In this document: one piece after another, positions 1-11,752 of the stretch | Layout of the letters: the number at the start of each line of letters is the position of its first letter | Numbering within the stretch: the stretch's first letter is position 1 | Assembly (NCBI RefSeq): GCF_016432865.1 | Contig: NC_067400.1 | Coordinates: 613,862,001-613,926,000, forward strand | DNA length: 64,000 nucleotides | From: Antechinus flavipes | Lineage: Eukaryota | Reading direction: 5' to 3' | The notes under the pieces: model-generated | The model's database searches: none | Told to the model about the DNA's origin: nothing | Seen by the model: only the letters and a program-made list of their open reading frames with translations | Made by a program: the position numbers and the translations under genes

Positions 1-329
1 CCAGAAAGAGCCTTTGGCCCCATCTGGGCCAACTCCTCTGTCTGACAGAGAAGGAAACTGAGGCTCAAAGAATACGGGGTGCTCTGGGAGCCCAGTATCC
101 CACAGGGCAGCCTGTTGGGATGCATTTATTAAGCACCTACTGTGTGCCAGGCCCGGTGGATACAAAAAGATCTATCCTGCTCGCAAGGAGCTGCTGATGT
201 GATGGGGAGGTGACAGTAAGCAAGGCTGCCTCCCAATGGGCTGCGCGCAGGAGGAACGAGGCATAATTAGGAGGGGGAGGGCCCCGGGTGAAGGGGCTCC
301 CCCAGGAGGAGGAATTATCAGGGAACGGC

Positions 330-700
330 CCCGGGGCCGCAGACCCTCGGGTGGGTAGAAGCGGCGGAGCGGGCGGGGGCGGGAGGTCCCCCTGCCTGGC
401 GGGCGCCCGCACCAGCCGCTTTGCTCGCACACAGGCGCACGCGCAGTGACTCACCCACGCCGGCCGCCCACCCAGCCTGGGAGTGGGAGCGGGCCCAGTG
501 TTTGGGATCTCCAGACTGGCTGGCCTGGGGGGGTGGGGGTGGAGAGACTGCTTTGTTCGCCGAGCCGGCTGGGGGTGGGAACTCCCCGGAGCGCGCAGTC
601 TATGCAGAGGGGCTGAGGTCTGCAGTGGCGCTGAGGAAGGTGGGGCCAGCCCCAGACCCCGCCCCCGGCCGCGCCGCTGCTGCTGGGAGGTGGGGCCAGC
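330..700. promoter_or_regulatory. CpG-island promoter of PLD3, probably bidirectional
   Basis: CpG-dense; GC boxes GGGCGGGGGCGGG ~371-383; NRF1-type GCGCACGCGCA 435-445; TGACTCA 447-453; plus-strand donor CAG|GTAAGA at 807/808 (candidate PLD3 5'UTR exon). Confidence 0.7.
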
Positions 701-1555
701 CACTGGCTGAGCCGGCCCCTTTGCTGTCTCGCAGCCTCCAGCCTGGCCCGTCTCCCCATCTGGGAGAAGAAAGACATCGGGGGCCTTTGGGAGGACTCTC
801 CTTCCAGGTAAGAGAGCTGAGCCCACGCGAAGGCCTCTGGGGAGAGCCGGGGATTGACTGGGCACCTGGACCCGGCCCCAGAGAGAGGCTGGGCCCCCCA
901 CCCCTCGCCCCTCTCCTCCCCTCTGTCCGGGGCATGGGGCACTGCCATCCACCCGATTTCTCAGTGACGCAGGGGAAGGTTACGGCCGCCAGAGCCCTGG
1001 AGACCGGTTCCAAGGGAGGACACCTGGGCTCTCGGTCCCAGCCACCCTGAGCTGCCGCCAGACTCCCCGCCCCCCCAATCCTGCAGCGGGTGCAGGAGCG
1101 GGGCCTTCTGCTGTCACTCAGGCTGCCCCCCTCCCGTCAGAAGTTCCTCTGGAGGAACAATGGGGCGTGACGGTCACAGAGGGTGCTGCGGGGGCCAGGC
1201 GGGGAATCGGGCCTGCTAGAAGCTCCCCGGGGGCTCCCGTCAGCAGCTCTGGCTCTGGAAGCGATTGCTTCTCCCGACTCCATCTGTACAATGGGCACGC
1301 GGGCGGCCCCTCGGAGCCTCGTCTCCTCCCGGGCCCCGAGCGTGAGAAAGGCGAGAGACCTCAGGCATTGCATAAGGGCCGCTCGTGTCCGGCTGGTTTC
1401 CTCCTTTTGAGGGGAAGAGGGCAGGGCATGCCGCCAACAGACCGTGTGATCTCCCCGGACCCCTGCAGGGGGGGAGGGGGCAGGCTGAAATCCTTCTCGT
1501 CTTGCTCGCAGTCCTTCGCCCCACTCCCTGGCCCCGCCAGGCTTCGCTGAGGAAG

Positions 1556-4500
1556 ATGAAGCTGCATACTGTCTACCAACAGGTGAGGGCGAAGAGGCCC
1601 CAGAGGGAGAGGCCGGGGACTCGCAGGGCTCTGTGCCGCAGAGGGCGCGTCCTGGGGGGACTCACACCCACTCTGGGGTCTGCCTTGTTTGTTCCCCCAC
1701 AGTTGAAGCCACGCCCTGAGGAGCAGCTTCCCTCACCTGCTGTGTCCTGGAAACCAGGAGACAAGGTAGAACAGGTTCCGTCGAGCCCTCCCCGTTCACA
1801 CGTCCTGTCACAGGGAGCCGCTTTCACCCACGGGGAGGTGGGCGCAGGGGGGCAGGCCGGCCCGGCCTCCCCACCAAGCTGTTCTTTCCTCCCTTCGTCT
1901 AGAAGGTCCGATGGGTCCTGCTGATCATGACGCTGATGACGATGGGCCTGGGCGCCCTGCTCACCCAGCTGCTGCTGTGGCCCAGGCTCAGGCCCCCCTC
2001 TGAAAGGACCCAGTCACCCCCCAACGCCGTCTGTGACGATCCCTGCCAGTGAGTGCCCGCTCTCCTGCTCCGGTGCCAGATGGGGGCAGATAGTCGTGCA
2101 CGAGTGGGCACCCCTGTACCTGCGGGCCATCTACCAGGAAAACCTGGGGGGTCTCACACCCCCTCCCATCCCTTCCCAGGGCCCAGCCTGTCGCTGCACG
2201 TTCTGATCCTTCCACTTTTCCCTCCAGGATTGTGCTGGTAGAGAGCATCCCCGAGGGCCTCAGCTTCCCCAAGGGCCCCGTGCATCCTTCTATCAGCCAG
2301 GCCTGGCTAGAGCTGATGGCAGGCGCCCGGCGCAGCCTTGACATCGCCTCTTTCTACTGGACTCTCACCAACAACGACACCCAGACCCAGGAGCCTTCCG
2401 CCCAACAGGTGTCCCCCTTGTCCCGTCTGGGCCCAGCCCGGCAAGGCAGGCGCTGATGTGGGGAGCGGGACCCAGAAAGCTGGGGGGGGGGGGGAGAGGG
2501 ACAGGACACAGCAGGGGCGGAGGAGATGGGGGGGGCCTGGAGAGGGCGCACCTACCCAGTGTGCATGTTCCTCTCCCAGGGCGAGGAGGTTTTCAGGCAG
2601 CTGCAGAGCCTGGCCCCCAGGGGCGTGTCCGTGCGCGTGGCCGTCAGCAAGCCCAGGGGGCCCCAACCACAGGGCGACCTGCAGAGCCTTCTGAACAGTG
2701 GTGAGTGTTAGAGCCTGGGGACAAGGAGCCGGCAGGGCCAGGGAAAAAGGCCCAGCATCTCTCCTCCCTCCCCCCAGGGGCCCAGGTACGGATGGTGGAC
2801 ATGCAGAAACTGACCCATGGAGTCCTGCATACCAAGTTCTGGGTGGTGGATCAAGCCCACATCTACATTGGCAGTGCCAACATGGACTGGCGCTCCCTGA
2901 CCCAGGTACCGGGCTAAGGAAGGAGCATGGGGAGGCGTCCCACCCTCGGCCCCTCCTCCCTCTCTCCTAGTTCCCTTCATTCCTAACGCAGCCATCTTAA
3001 TCGGTGCCAGGTGAGGAAGGCAGCGGTTCAGAAACACACTAGGAGGGATACGGCGGGTTTATGGATGGATGAATACAGGACATGCTGAGAAGGGAGAAGG
3101 AAGGCTAGCCACGCTGGGGTCCAGGAGGGCTTTGGGGGGAGCAAGGAATCCTTGAAAGGAGATGGGCATTCCCAGGACCAGGGGTGAGGAAGAGAGGAGG
3201 GCTTCCCAGCTGTGGGGCACAGGGCATGGGGTGAGAAGGAAGCTCCTGAGCCTTGGGGTTACAACAGAGCGTTCACGAAGGGGATTAATGAGATGACAAG
3301 GGTAGACAGAGCCCCGTGCAGAGCCTGAAGTACCAGGTGAGAGCTTTGGGGAGTTACTTTCAGAGATTTTGAGGAGCTCAGGAGCAGGGCCAGGTCTGTG
3401 CCTCCGGGACCTTGTTTGGCCACTGTGTGCAAGGTGCCCTGGGGAGGAAAGAGACCGGAAGCCAGGAGGTCACTAGGAGACCACTGAGAGGTGACGCAGC
3501 CCTAAATCAAGATGGCAGCCAAATGAGCAAGGAGAAAGGGCTAGCTTTGTGATGGAGGAAGAGCCAGCCAGACTTTAGTTGATAGTCTGTAAACATTTAT
3601 CAAGCACCTCCTGTGTGCCAGGCACCGGACCACGCTAAGGCTTAGCAAGTGATTGCATCGGGGGGATGGGGAGGAGGCAAGAAGGACTTGGAGGTTGTGA
3701 ACTTGAGGGACTGGAAGGATAACAAGGCCCTGGAGAGGAAAAGGGAGGCTTGGAGGAGAGCCGGGGTTACTGCTCAGAAAGCGGCAAACGTTCTCTGAGT
3801 GCCGAGGGGCCAGAGAAACAAACAGTCCCTGCCCTCAAAGAGTGTTCGGTCTAACGGGAAAAACGATGGGATGTTAATGGACAGTTTGGAAGGAGGTGGT
3901 GGGGGAAGCCCCGAGCTGGGGATGGAGAGCAGGAGACGGAGACAGGGGTTGTGAGTAGAAACGGCCAGATGCGGCATTGGGATGGGTGTGAGGGGCTGAG
4001 GAGGGCCCCGGGCTGCTGGCCTGGATAAACAGCGGGGCGCGTGCCATCAGCAGGGAGGGGGAAGGACCGGGAGTCACTGGAGTCACTGAGGCGCCTGGCC
4101 GAAGACACGGTCAGTGGGGCCGGGACGTAACTCGCGGAGAGCCGGCTCTGAGGGCCGTCTCCCCAGGGATGACTCGCGGGAGTTGATGAGGTCACCAGGT
4201 GCAGAAAGAGAACCCAGGACAAGCCTCCCCCCATGTCAGTGGGGGCGATTGAGTTTGTTGAGAAGTTGAGGTGGAGGTGGCCGTGGCCGTCCGGAGGAGA
4301 TGTCCGGCCGGCCGTGTGGGCCGGGATCTGGGAAGAAAGATTAGGCCTGAACGTCTCGGCACCCAGTGCCGGCCAGAACGCCGGCACAGAGTAGGTGCTT
4401 TGAGGTCTGTCAAGTTGGATCACCTATACAAAGGTGATAACTGAATCCACGGGAGCTTGAGGGGTCCCTGAGACAGAGAACGTGGGAGAGGAGCAACGAG

Positions 4501-6980
4501 AGGCCTGGGAAATGATCGATCCAGCAGAGACGCCCAGGAGGGAGCGGTCATTGAAGGACGCCCGGGGCTCAGGGCGTAGAGCAGGGGCCAGCAGTCCGGA
4601 TGCAACCAGGCCACCCCTACTGGGTCTAGCTAGTGCGGCGGGCCTCGGGGCCCAAGGAGGGAAGCTATGGTGACTCCCAGGAGCTCACACCCTCACAGGC
4701 GGGTATGTGGGCACAGAGGGCAGAGAGGAGGTGGGCAAATGCAATCTGTGCCTTTACCCGTCCTAGCAAAAGCCCGAGGTGGCCAAGGAAGGCCTCATGC
4801 CGGGGGAGCCCCTGCCCAGGCCCCAGCCGCCTCTTAGGGGATGGGGATCAGTGCTGGATGCCAGAGGCGACACTGTTGGGGCGATGGTGAGGTGGCAGGA
4901 TGGCCCCCCGGTGGGCGCGGCACCATTTCTGCCATGGCTCCCACCCGGGCGGGCAGTAGAAGCCCTGGGCAGCCCCTTCCTGGAGGAGCCCGCATTCACC
5001 GCTCGCCCACAAGGCCTTCCCCGCTGCGTCCCTCCTGCGTGCACTGCCCCAGACTGCCATGTAATAGCTAGTAGGAACAGCCACCATTTATGTAGCAGCT
5101 GCTTCGTGCCAGGCACTGGCTAAGAACTGCAATTTTCAGCGCGTTTGGTCCTCTCGGACCCTCAGAGGTACGTGCTGTTATCTCCATTATGCAGATGAGG
5201 AAACTGAGGCAAGTTGTGGTTAGGTGACTTGCCCAGGATCATCCGGCTAACCAGTGTGTCTGAGGCCAATTCAGGACTACCTGACTCCAGGTCCGGTTCT
5301 CCTTTCCTCACCCAGGACACCCAGACTGGCTGGGGACGATCCAACCCAGGCCTTCTGCCTCGGCAGTCTGAGACCAGGGCCCCGGGCCCACCCCTGCTTC
5401 TCCCTCCATCTTGACTTCTTGGCCTTGGCCCTTGGGGGCAGCAGGGGCGGCCTCCAGAACTGGACCCACTCCCGGGCGCTCTGCACTCTGGGGCTCACCT
5501 GGCTGGCGTGAAAGTCGGGCCAGGGGCCAGGATGGGGAGGGATGCTCTGCTGCACGCCCCTGCTTTGGCAGAGGCTTGGAACTCCCAGCCCCGTCGTGTG
5601 ACCGAGGCACTGGGCGCCCGGACCTCAGTTTCCCCATCTCTACAAGGACGGGGTTCTGCGGCCCTTGCACCTCTAGATCAGTGGTCCCGAGGGGCCTCTG
5701 GAGTGGGCGGGCCAGCTCTTGGCCGACTGTAGGGAGAGGCACGGGATGGGCCACTCCCCGAGGGAGCTCCCCAAACTCTGCGTCCCCCCTGCAGGTGAAG
5801 GAGCTGGGCGTGGTGGTCTACAACTGCAGCTGCCTGGCCCAGGACCTGGCCAAAGTGTTCGAGGCCTACTGGTACCTGGGCCAGCCGGACAGCAGCATCC
5901 CCTCCCCCTGGCCGGACAACTACACCACCCACTACAACCTGGAGACCCCCATGGAGCTGCAGCTCAACGGAACCCCTTCCCAGGCCTTCTTCTCGGTAAG
6001 GAGCCCGGCCCGCCCCAGCCTCCCCCCCCCCCCGGTCCGCCCTTGGCGCCCCTCCTGCCTGTGCCCCGGCAGAGAGGGGCCGTCTCAGGGCTGACTCCCT
6101 CCCTGGCCTCCAGAGCGCTCCCCCTTCGCTGTGCCCCGGGGGCCGCACCCCAGACCTGCGGGCCCTGCTTAGCCTGGTGAACGACGCCCGAGACTTTGTC
6201 TACGTTGCCGTCATGAATTACCTTCCCATCATGGAATACTCCCACCCTCGAAGGTGCGTGTGCCCGGGCGTGAGGGCGAGGGAAGGCCGCGGGGGGGCGG
6301 GGCGCGGGGACCCTGAGCTCAGCTGCCGGTCCCCCTCCCCAGGTTCTGGCCAGCCATCGATGACGCGCTCCGGCGAGCGGCCTTCGAGCGGGGGGTCCGG
6401 GTGAGACTCCTGGTGAGCTGCTGGGGCCACTCGGAGCCCGCCTTGCGTCCCTTCCTCCTCTCCCTGGCCGCCCTCCAGGACAACCATACCCACTACGACG
6501 TGCAGGTGGTAAGGAGACCGGCCCCGGCCCCTGTGCCCCCCCCACATCCCTCCCCCTCATCGGGCCCCGGCCCCTCCAGCCAAGCCTGGCTGAGTCTGCC
6601 CTCTCTCCGTCGCTAGCGGCTCTTCGTGGTGCCCTCCAACAAGACCCAGGCCGAGATCCCTTACGCACGTGTCAACCACAACAAGTACATGGTGACGGAC
6701 CGAGCGGCCTACGTGGGTGAGTGCCCGCGCCCCTCCCTCCTGGGTGGCCGGGCTGGGCGCGCCTCCTCCTGACCCTCTCCCCCCACCCCCAGGCACGTCC
6801 AACTGGTCGGGCAACTACTTCACGCAGACGGCGGGCTCGGCCCTGGTGGTGAACGAGAGCGGGGCTCCGGGCCTCCGCACGCAGCTCGAAGCCGTCTTCC
6901 TCCGGGACTGGGGCTCCCCGTACAGCCACGAGCTGGACGGCCCGGGCCTGGCCGACGGGCACTCCTGCCGCCTGCTGTGA
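1556..6980 (+). CDS. PLD3: Phospholipase D3 / lysosomal 5'-3' exonuclease, 486 aa, 11 coding exons
   Basis: Exons 1556-1582, 1703-1765, 1903-2048, 2228-2408, 2580-2700, 2778-2905, 5795-5995, 6114-6253, 6343-6508, 6617-6716, 6793-6980; all GT-AG, total 1461 nt. MKLHTVYQQ|LK (YxxL motif), TM segment [23 protein letters not shown], motifs HTKFWVVD and HNKYMVTD, C-terminus CRLL*. Confidence 0.98.
3030..4560 (-). mobile_element. Fragmented ancient L2 LINE in the long PLD3 intron
   Basis: Recognisable L2 segments (aaacatttatcaagcacctcctgtgtgccaggc ~3591; acagtccctgccctcaaag ~3822; ggagatgtcc...ggatcacc...actgaatccacggga ~4290-4455). Recognition from memory of consensus; boundaries approximate. Confidence 0.65.
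5085..5295 (-). mobile_element. MIR SINE
   Basis: Core cagatgaggaaactgaggc...gtgacttgcccaggatca...gtgtctgaggcc. Confidence 0.85.
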
Positions 6981-7423
6981 GCCCCCGGCCGCTCGTCGTC
7001 CTGCCCCGGCCGGCGCGCTCTCCCCCCGCGCCGCGGCCTCTGCCCGGCTCCGAGTCTGTGCTGCCTCTGTCCGTCAGTCTTTGTGGCTTCCCGTCTCTTG
7101 AGGCTTCTGTCTCGCTTGTGTGTGGATTTCTCCGAGCTCCATCTTTCCCCGTATCTTTCTCCTGTGTTTCCTTCCCATCTGTGTCTCTGCCTCAGAAACC
7201 TAGGCAGGCTGCTGGACCCCACAGGGAAGGGCGTGAGGCTGGGCAGAGCCAGGGCGGCCGGAGGCTCCCCCCCTTCCCAGCTCTCCTCCAGGCTGGGGAA
7301 TTAAGGGGCGGACGGGCCCTCCCTGCGCTGGAGGGAAGGGGAGAAATAGGGCCTAGGAAAGGGCTGCCTGGGGGCTGCCCCCCCGCCCCCGAACTGCCGC
7401 CCTGGAGCTGCATCTGCAGCCAG

Positions 7424-7429
7424 AATAAA
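7424..7429 (+). terminator. PLD3 polyadenylation signal
   Basis: AATAAA ~445 nt after the PLD3 stop, followed by G/T-rich sequence. Confidence 0.8.
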
Positions 7430-7729
7430 GTGTCGATGAGGCAAGCCTTGTGTCTGCTGAGAGTTCTGGGGGGCAGCGGGTGAGGCAGGGGTCAGGCTGC
7501 CCTTGGGGTGTCATCTGGGTGCACAGGCTCCCCCCCCGGGGGTTTCACCAGATCGTCCCAAACAAGACCGGTGCTAATGGGGGCACAGTGTCAGTTACAC
7601 AAATGGGGTTGGAGGTCGTCTGGCCCAAGGCCAAGGGATATTGGGGGCCATGTGTGTTTGTATACTTAGGAACATGAGTAGGGCATGTTGGGGCATGTTA
7701 GAGTGAATGGTTTGTGTGGGGGGGGGGAA

Positions 7730-8950
7730 TTGGAGGGAGGGAGGGAAGGAGAGAAGAAAGAAGAGAAGAGAGAGGGAGAGACAGACACCGAGAGACAACA
7801 GAGAGAAATAGAGACAGGCAGAAAGGGGGAGAGAAACAGAGATAATGGAGAGACAGAGAAAAGAGGGAGAGAAATACAGATAAAGGGGGAGAGAGACAGA
7901 GAAAAGAGGGAGAGAAATACAGATAAAGGGGGAGAGAGACAGAGATAAAGAATTAGAGAAAAAGAGACAGAGAGAAACAGAGACGGTAACAAAGTGGGAG
8001 AGACACAGATCGAGAAGAAAGAGACAGACAGCAGAGACAAACTGAGAAACAGAGGAGAAAGGGAGAGAGACAAGACAGACAGAGACAAAGATAGAAATAG
8101 AGGCGAGACAGAAAAGGGGAGAGAGACAGAGATAAAGAATTAGAGAAAAAGAGACAGAAACAGAGGTAACAAAGCGGGAGAGACACAGATCGAGAAGAAA
8201 GAGACAGAGCAGAGACAAACCGAGAAACAGAAGAGAGAGGGAGAGAGACAAGGCAGACACAGAGAGAGACAAAGATAGAAATAGAGGCGAGACAGAGATA
8301 AAGGAGAGACAGAGAAAAGAGGGAGAGAAACAGACAAAGGAAGAGAGCAGAGACGGAGAAAGAGACAAAGACAGAGAAAGAGATAAAAAAGAAAAGAGAG
8401 TAGAGAGAGTAGAAACAGAGACAGAAAGAGATAGAAACATACAGAGAGAAACAAAGACAGAGAAGAAAGATAGAAAAGAGACAAAAGGAGTGAATGACAA
8501 ATAAAAGAGACTGAAAGATAAAGGAGACACATAGGAAGACAAAGCGGGAAAGAGATTGAGAGACAGAAATAGACAGGAGATACAGAGACAGACAGGGAGA
8601 TGACAAAACAGAGATGGGGAGAGACAGAGAGAAAGACTCAAAGAGGAGGAGAGAGAAAAATAGAGATAGGGACGGAGAGAGAGACAGACAGACAAATGGA
8701 GGAGAGAAAGAGACAGAGAGATAGAGAAACAGAGATAAAGGAGAGACAGAAAAAAGACAAGACAAAGGAAGAGAAAAAGGAGGAGAGAGACAGGAAAGAC
8801 AGCAGAGACAGAGAGAAACAAAGACAGAGATAGAGGAGAGAGAGATAAAGACAGAGAAAGGAGGAGAAGGAGAAAGAGAGACAAAGAGAGGAGACAGACA
8901 GAAACAGACAGAGGTGGGACGGAGAGGAGAGCGACGGAGGCAGGGGGACG
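7730..8950. repeat. Strand-asymmetric GA-rich (GAGACA-type) low-complexity tract, ~1.2 kb
   Basis: Plus strand almost entirely purine plus C; internal ~180-190 bp duplicated block (aattagag at 7951 and 8138; gatcgagaagaaa at ~8008 and ~8188). Confidence 0.95.
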
Positions 8951-9343
8951 GGGGGGGGGGCGGTGCGTGGGAGCAGAATGTGCCTTATTACGAGCAGAGC
9001 TTGAACCTGGAGCAAGGTGAGTGCGGAGGCATTGGCACTTTGGGGGAGGGGTTCTCAGCCCCCCGAGCGCCCGCCCGTCAGGGGCCTTCCCAGGGGTCAC
9101 TGCCCGGGCCCCAACCAGTCAAAGAAGCAGGAGGCCAGAGCAGCTGAACAGTCCTTTATGGAAACAGGCAGAGCTGGGGGGATGGGAGGGGTCACGGAGC
9201 CAAGCCCCGGCAGCCACCCCTTCCCTGGGCACCCCTCCTTGCACAGGGGGGTCCCGCAGGCTGGCCTGGCAGGGCCCTCTCAGGTGCACAATAGCTGGGG
9301 ATGGAGGGGGGGTGGAGGTTGGGGTGGGGGGAATCTCTGTGTA

Positions 9344-9349
9344 TTTATT
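9344..9349 (-). terminator. HIPK4 polyadenylation signal
   Basis: tttatt on plus = AATAAA on minus, ~115 nt after the HIPK4 stop. Confidence 0.75.
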
Positions 9350-9462
9350 TTTTCTGTAACTATAATCTGGATTTCTAGGTAAGCGCATCTCAGGGCGAGG
9401 GACGAGTCAAACGAAGCAGGCACCAGGTCGTGGCTGGCACGGCCCAGGGAGGGGGGTGTCCA

Positions 9463-11752
9463 TCAGTGATGCCCGCCGACGTGCTGGAGGAAGCCAGTGA
9501 CCCGGGGAGGCCCGTGGGGGTGTGGGTGGCGGGGCGGGGGGGCCTGACCCCGGGCCCCCCCGCCACCCTCCAAGCTCCAGTCGGGGTCGCTTAGCCACTC
9601 CCCTGGGCAGGGGGGCAGGGGGGGTGCGCCCGCGTCGTACAGCTCCGGGGCGGCCCTCTGCAGAGACAGGAGGGAGTCCTGGGGGCCGCTCGGCGTCCTC
9701 CCCTCCGCCTCCCTCGCCGCGGGCTGGGCCCGTCACTGCCCGGCAGACCCCCGGAGCTCCCGCCCCGCGCTCTCCCCCGCGCGCCCGCCCCGGGCCCGCC
9801 CGCCCCCGGCCCCCGGTACCTCGGCGGCCAGCGTCAGCTCCTTGGCCCCCGGCCGTTCGTCGGGCCCGTCCCCGTCGAGCTGCGGGACGATCGGGGGGTC
9901 CGCGGAGGCCCCGCGCCGCTCCCCCTCCTCCCAGCCGCCGCCCCGGCCAGGCCCGCTCTCATCGGGCGAGGCCTGGCCCAGCCGGATGAGGTTGCCAAAG
10001 TTCGGGTCGGACTTGGAGCCGGCGGGGTGCTTGCGCGACTTGTGGCGCCCGGTGAGGCGGCTGCCGTAGAAGGCCAGGATGGGCTCGGGCCCGGGCTCGC
10101 GGCCCCGCCGGCTGACGCCCTTGGGCAGCACCAGGGTCTCGGCGGCGGGCTCGGTGGCGCCGTAGGCCCCGGCCCGGCCCTCGCCCCACAGCCGCCCGGG
10201 CTCCTGCAGGCTCAGGTCGTCCAGCTGGTCGATGGCCCTCTGCACGCCGGGCGCCTTCTCCTCCCGGTAGTAGGTGCCCCCGCCCCCGCTGCCACCGCTG
10301 CCACCGCTGCCGCCGCCGCCGCTGCCCTCCTCCTCCTCCGCCAGGCGGTAGTAGGGCGGCCCCTCGTCCGCGGGCGCCCGGCCCTCCAGCTGCAGCGAGA
10401 GGCGGCAGCCGCGCAGGGACAGCTGGTAGTAGCGGGTGCCCTCGTGGGCGCTGCGCAGCTGCTGCATGGACACGAACGGGTGGCGGAGGGCGGCGCTCGG
10501 GCTGATGCGCTCGTGGGACTCCCACGTCAGCATCCGCTTGATGAGCTCCACCATGCTCTTGAGGTCCGCGTACTCGGCCAGCGTCTCGCGGTCCGGGAAC
10601 GCCAGCTTGCCCGCCGCCCCGCCGCCGTTCACCGTCTCGATCTGGTCCAGAGACTTGAGCATGTACTTGCGCCGCTCCAGGGGGCGCACCTGGGGGTCGG
10701 GAGCCAGTCAGGCCCGAGCTCGCCGCGGCCCGCGGCCCCCCCCCGGCGCGCCCCCTCACCTTGGTCTCCGCCAGGTAGTCGGCCGACGACTTGAGCTGCC
10801 AGGGGTTGGAGGCCTCCGGGTGGGGGTTGCGCTTGAAGAAGTGGTGGGCCTTGCGGGCGGCGTGCAGCAGGTGGGCCTTGGGCAGGCCCTGGGTCTCGCA
10901 GATGTAGCGGATCTGGTCGTACTCATTGTTGCCCGGGTAGAGCGGCCAGCCCAGGTGCAGCTCGGCCATCACGCAGCCCAGCGACCACACGTCCACCTTC
11001 TCGCAGAAGGGCAGCCCCAGCAGGATCTCCGGGGCCCGGTAAAAGCGGGACTGGATGTAGGGCTCCTTGACATAGCGCACCTCGCTGAAGATGCTGGCCG
11101 AGCCAAAGTCAATGACCTGTGAGCACACGCCCCGTCCCCTCAGCCGGGCGCTCCTCCGCGGCCCCCCCACCCTTCCTCCGAGGGGGCCGGGGCCGGCCGG
11201 GGGCGGGCAGGGGGCTAGGCAGGGCCCCCCGAGGGGGCCGTGGAGACAGGACCCCCGCCCCCCTCCCCCGGACCCCCGCCCCCAAACCTTGACCCTGAAG
11301 GGACACCGTGTCTGGTCCACCAGCATGATGTTCTCGGGCTTGAGGTCCGCGTGGATGATGGCCAGTTCCTTGAGCCGGGCCAAGGCCCGGAGCACCTGCA
11401 ACGTCACCGTGCGGATGTGGCGGGCCGCCAGGGGCGCAAAATTGTTCTCCTTCTGGAACTCGAAAAGGTTCTGCTCCAGCAGCTCGAAGACCAGGTAAAA
11501 CTTGAGGGCGTCGTGGAAGAACTCGAGGAAGCGGATGATGTGGGCCTCGTCCGGGTCCAGGCCCCGCATGCAGCGGAGCAGCTTCAGCTCGTTCTTGATG
11601 ATGCGATTACGGTACGCGTCATTCTTCAGGATCTTGATGGCCACCATCTCGCCCGTGCTCCGGCGCCAGCCCTTCGCCACCTCACCAAAGGTCCCCTTAC
11701 CCAGGACCTCGATGATGTCATAGCAGTCGGTTTCAGACTGGATGGTGGCCAT
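9463..11752 (-). CDS. HIPK4: Homeodomain-interacting protein kinase 4, 628 aa, 4 exons
   Basis: Exons 11752-11288, 11116-10760, 10689-9820, 9657-9463 (1887 nt, all phase 0, GT-AG). MATIQSETDCYDIIEVLGKGTFGEV, HADLKPEN, DFG, EPYIQSRFYRAPE; exon 4 translated by hand as RAAPELYDAG...CPGEWLSDPDW...FLQHVGGHH*, matching the human C-terminus. Confidence 0.98.

Noticed and set aside
7595-9100. 501-aa Leu/Ser/Phe-rich ORF and overlapping ORFs
   Set aside because: Translation of the CT-rich strand of a low-complexity tract, which cannot contain many stops.
9733-9819. HIPK4 ending EVPGAGG...AGQ* as in the ORF track
   Set aside because: Intron 3 read-through; splicing 9820>9657 yields the conserved GHH* terminus.
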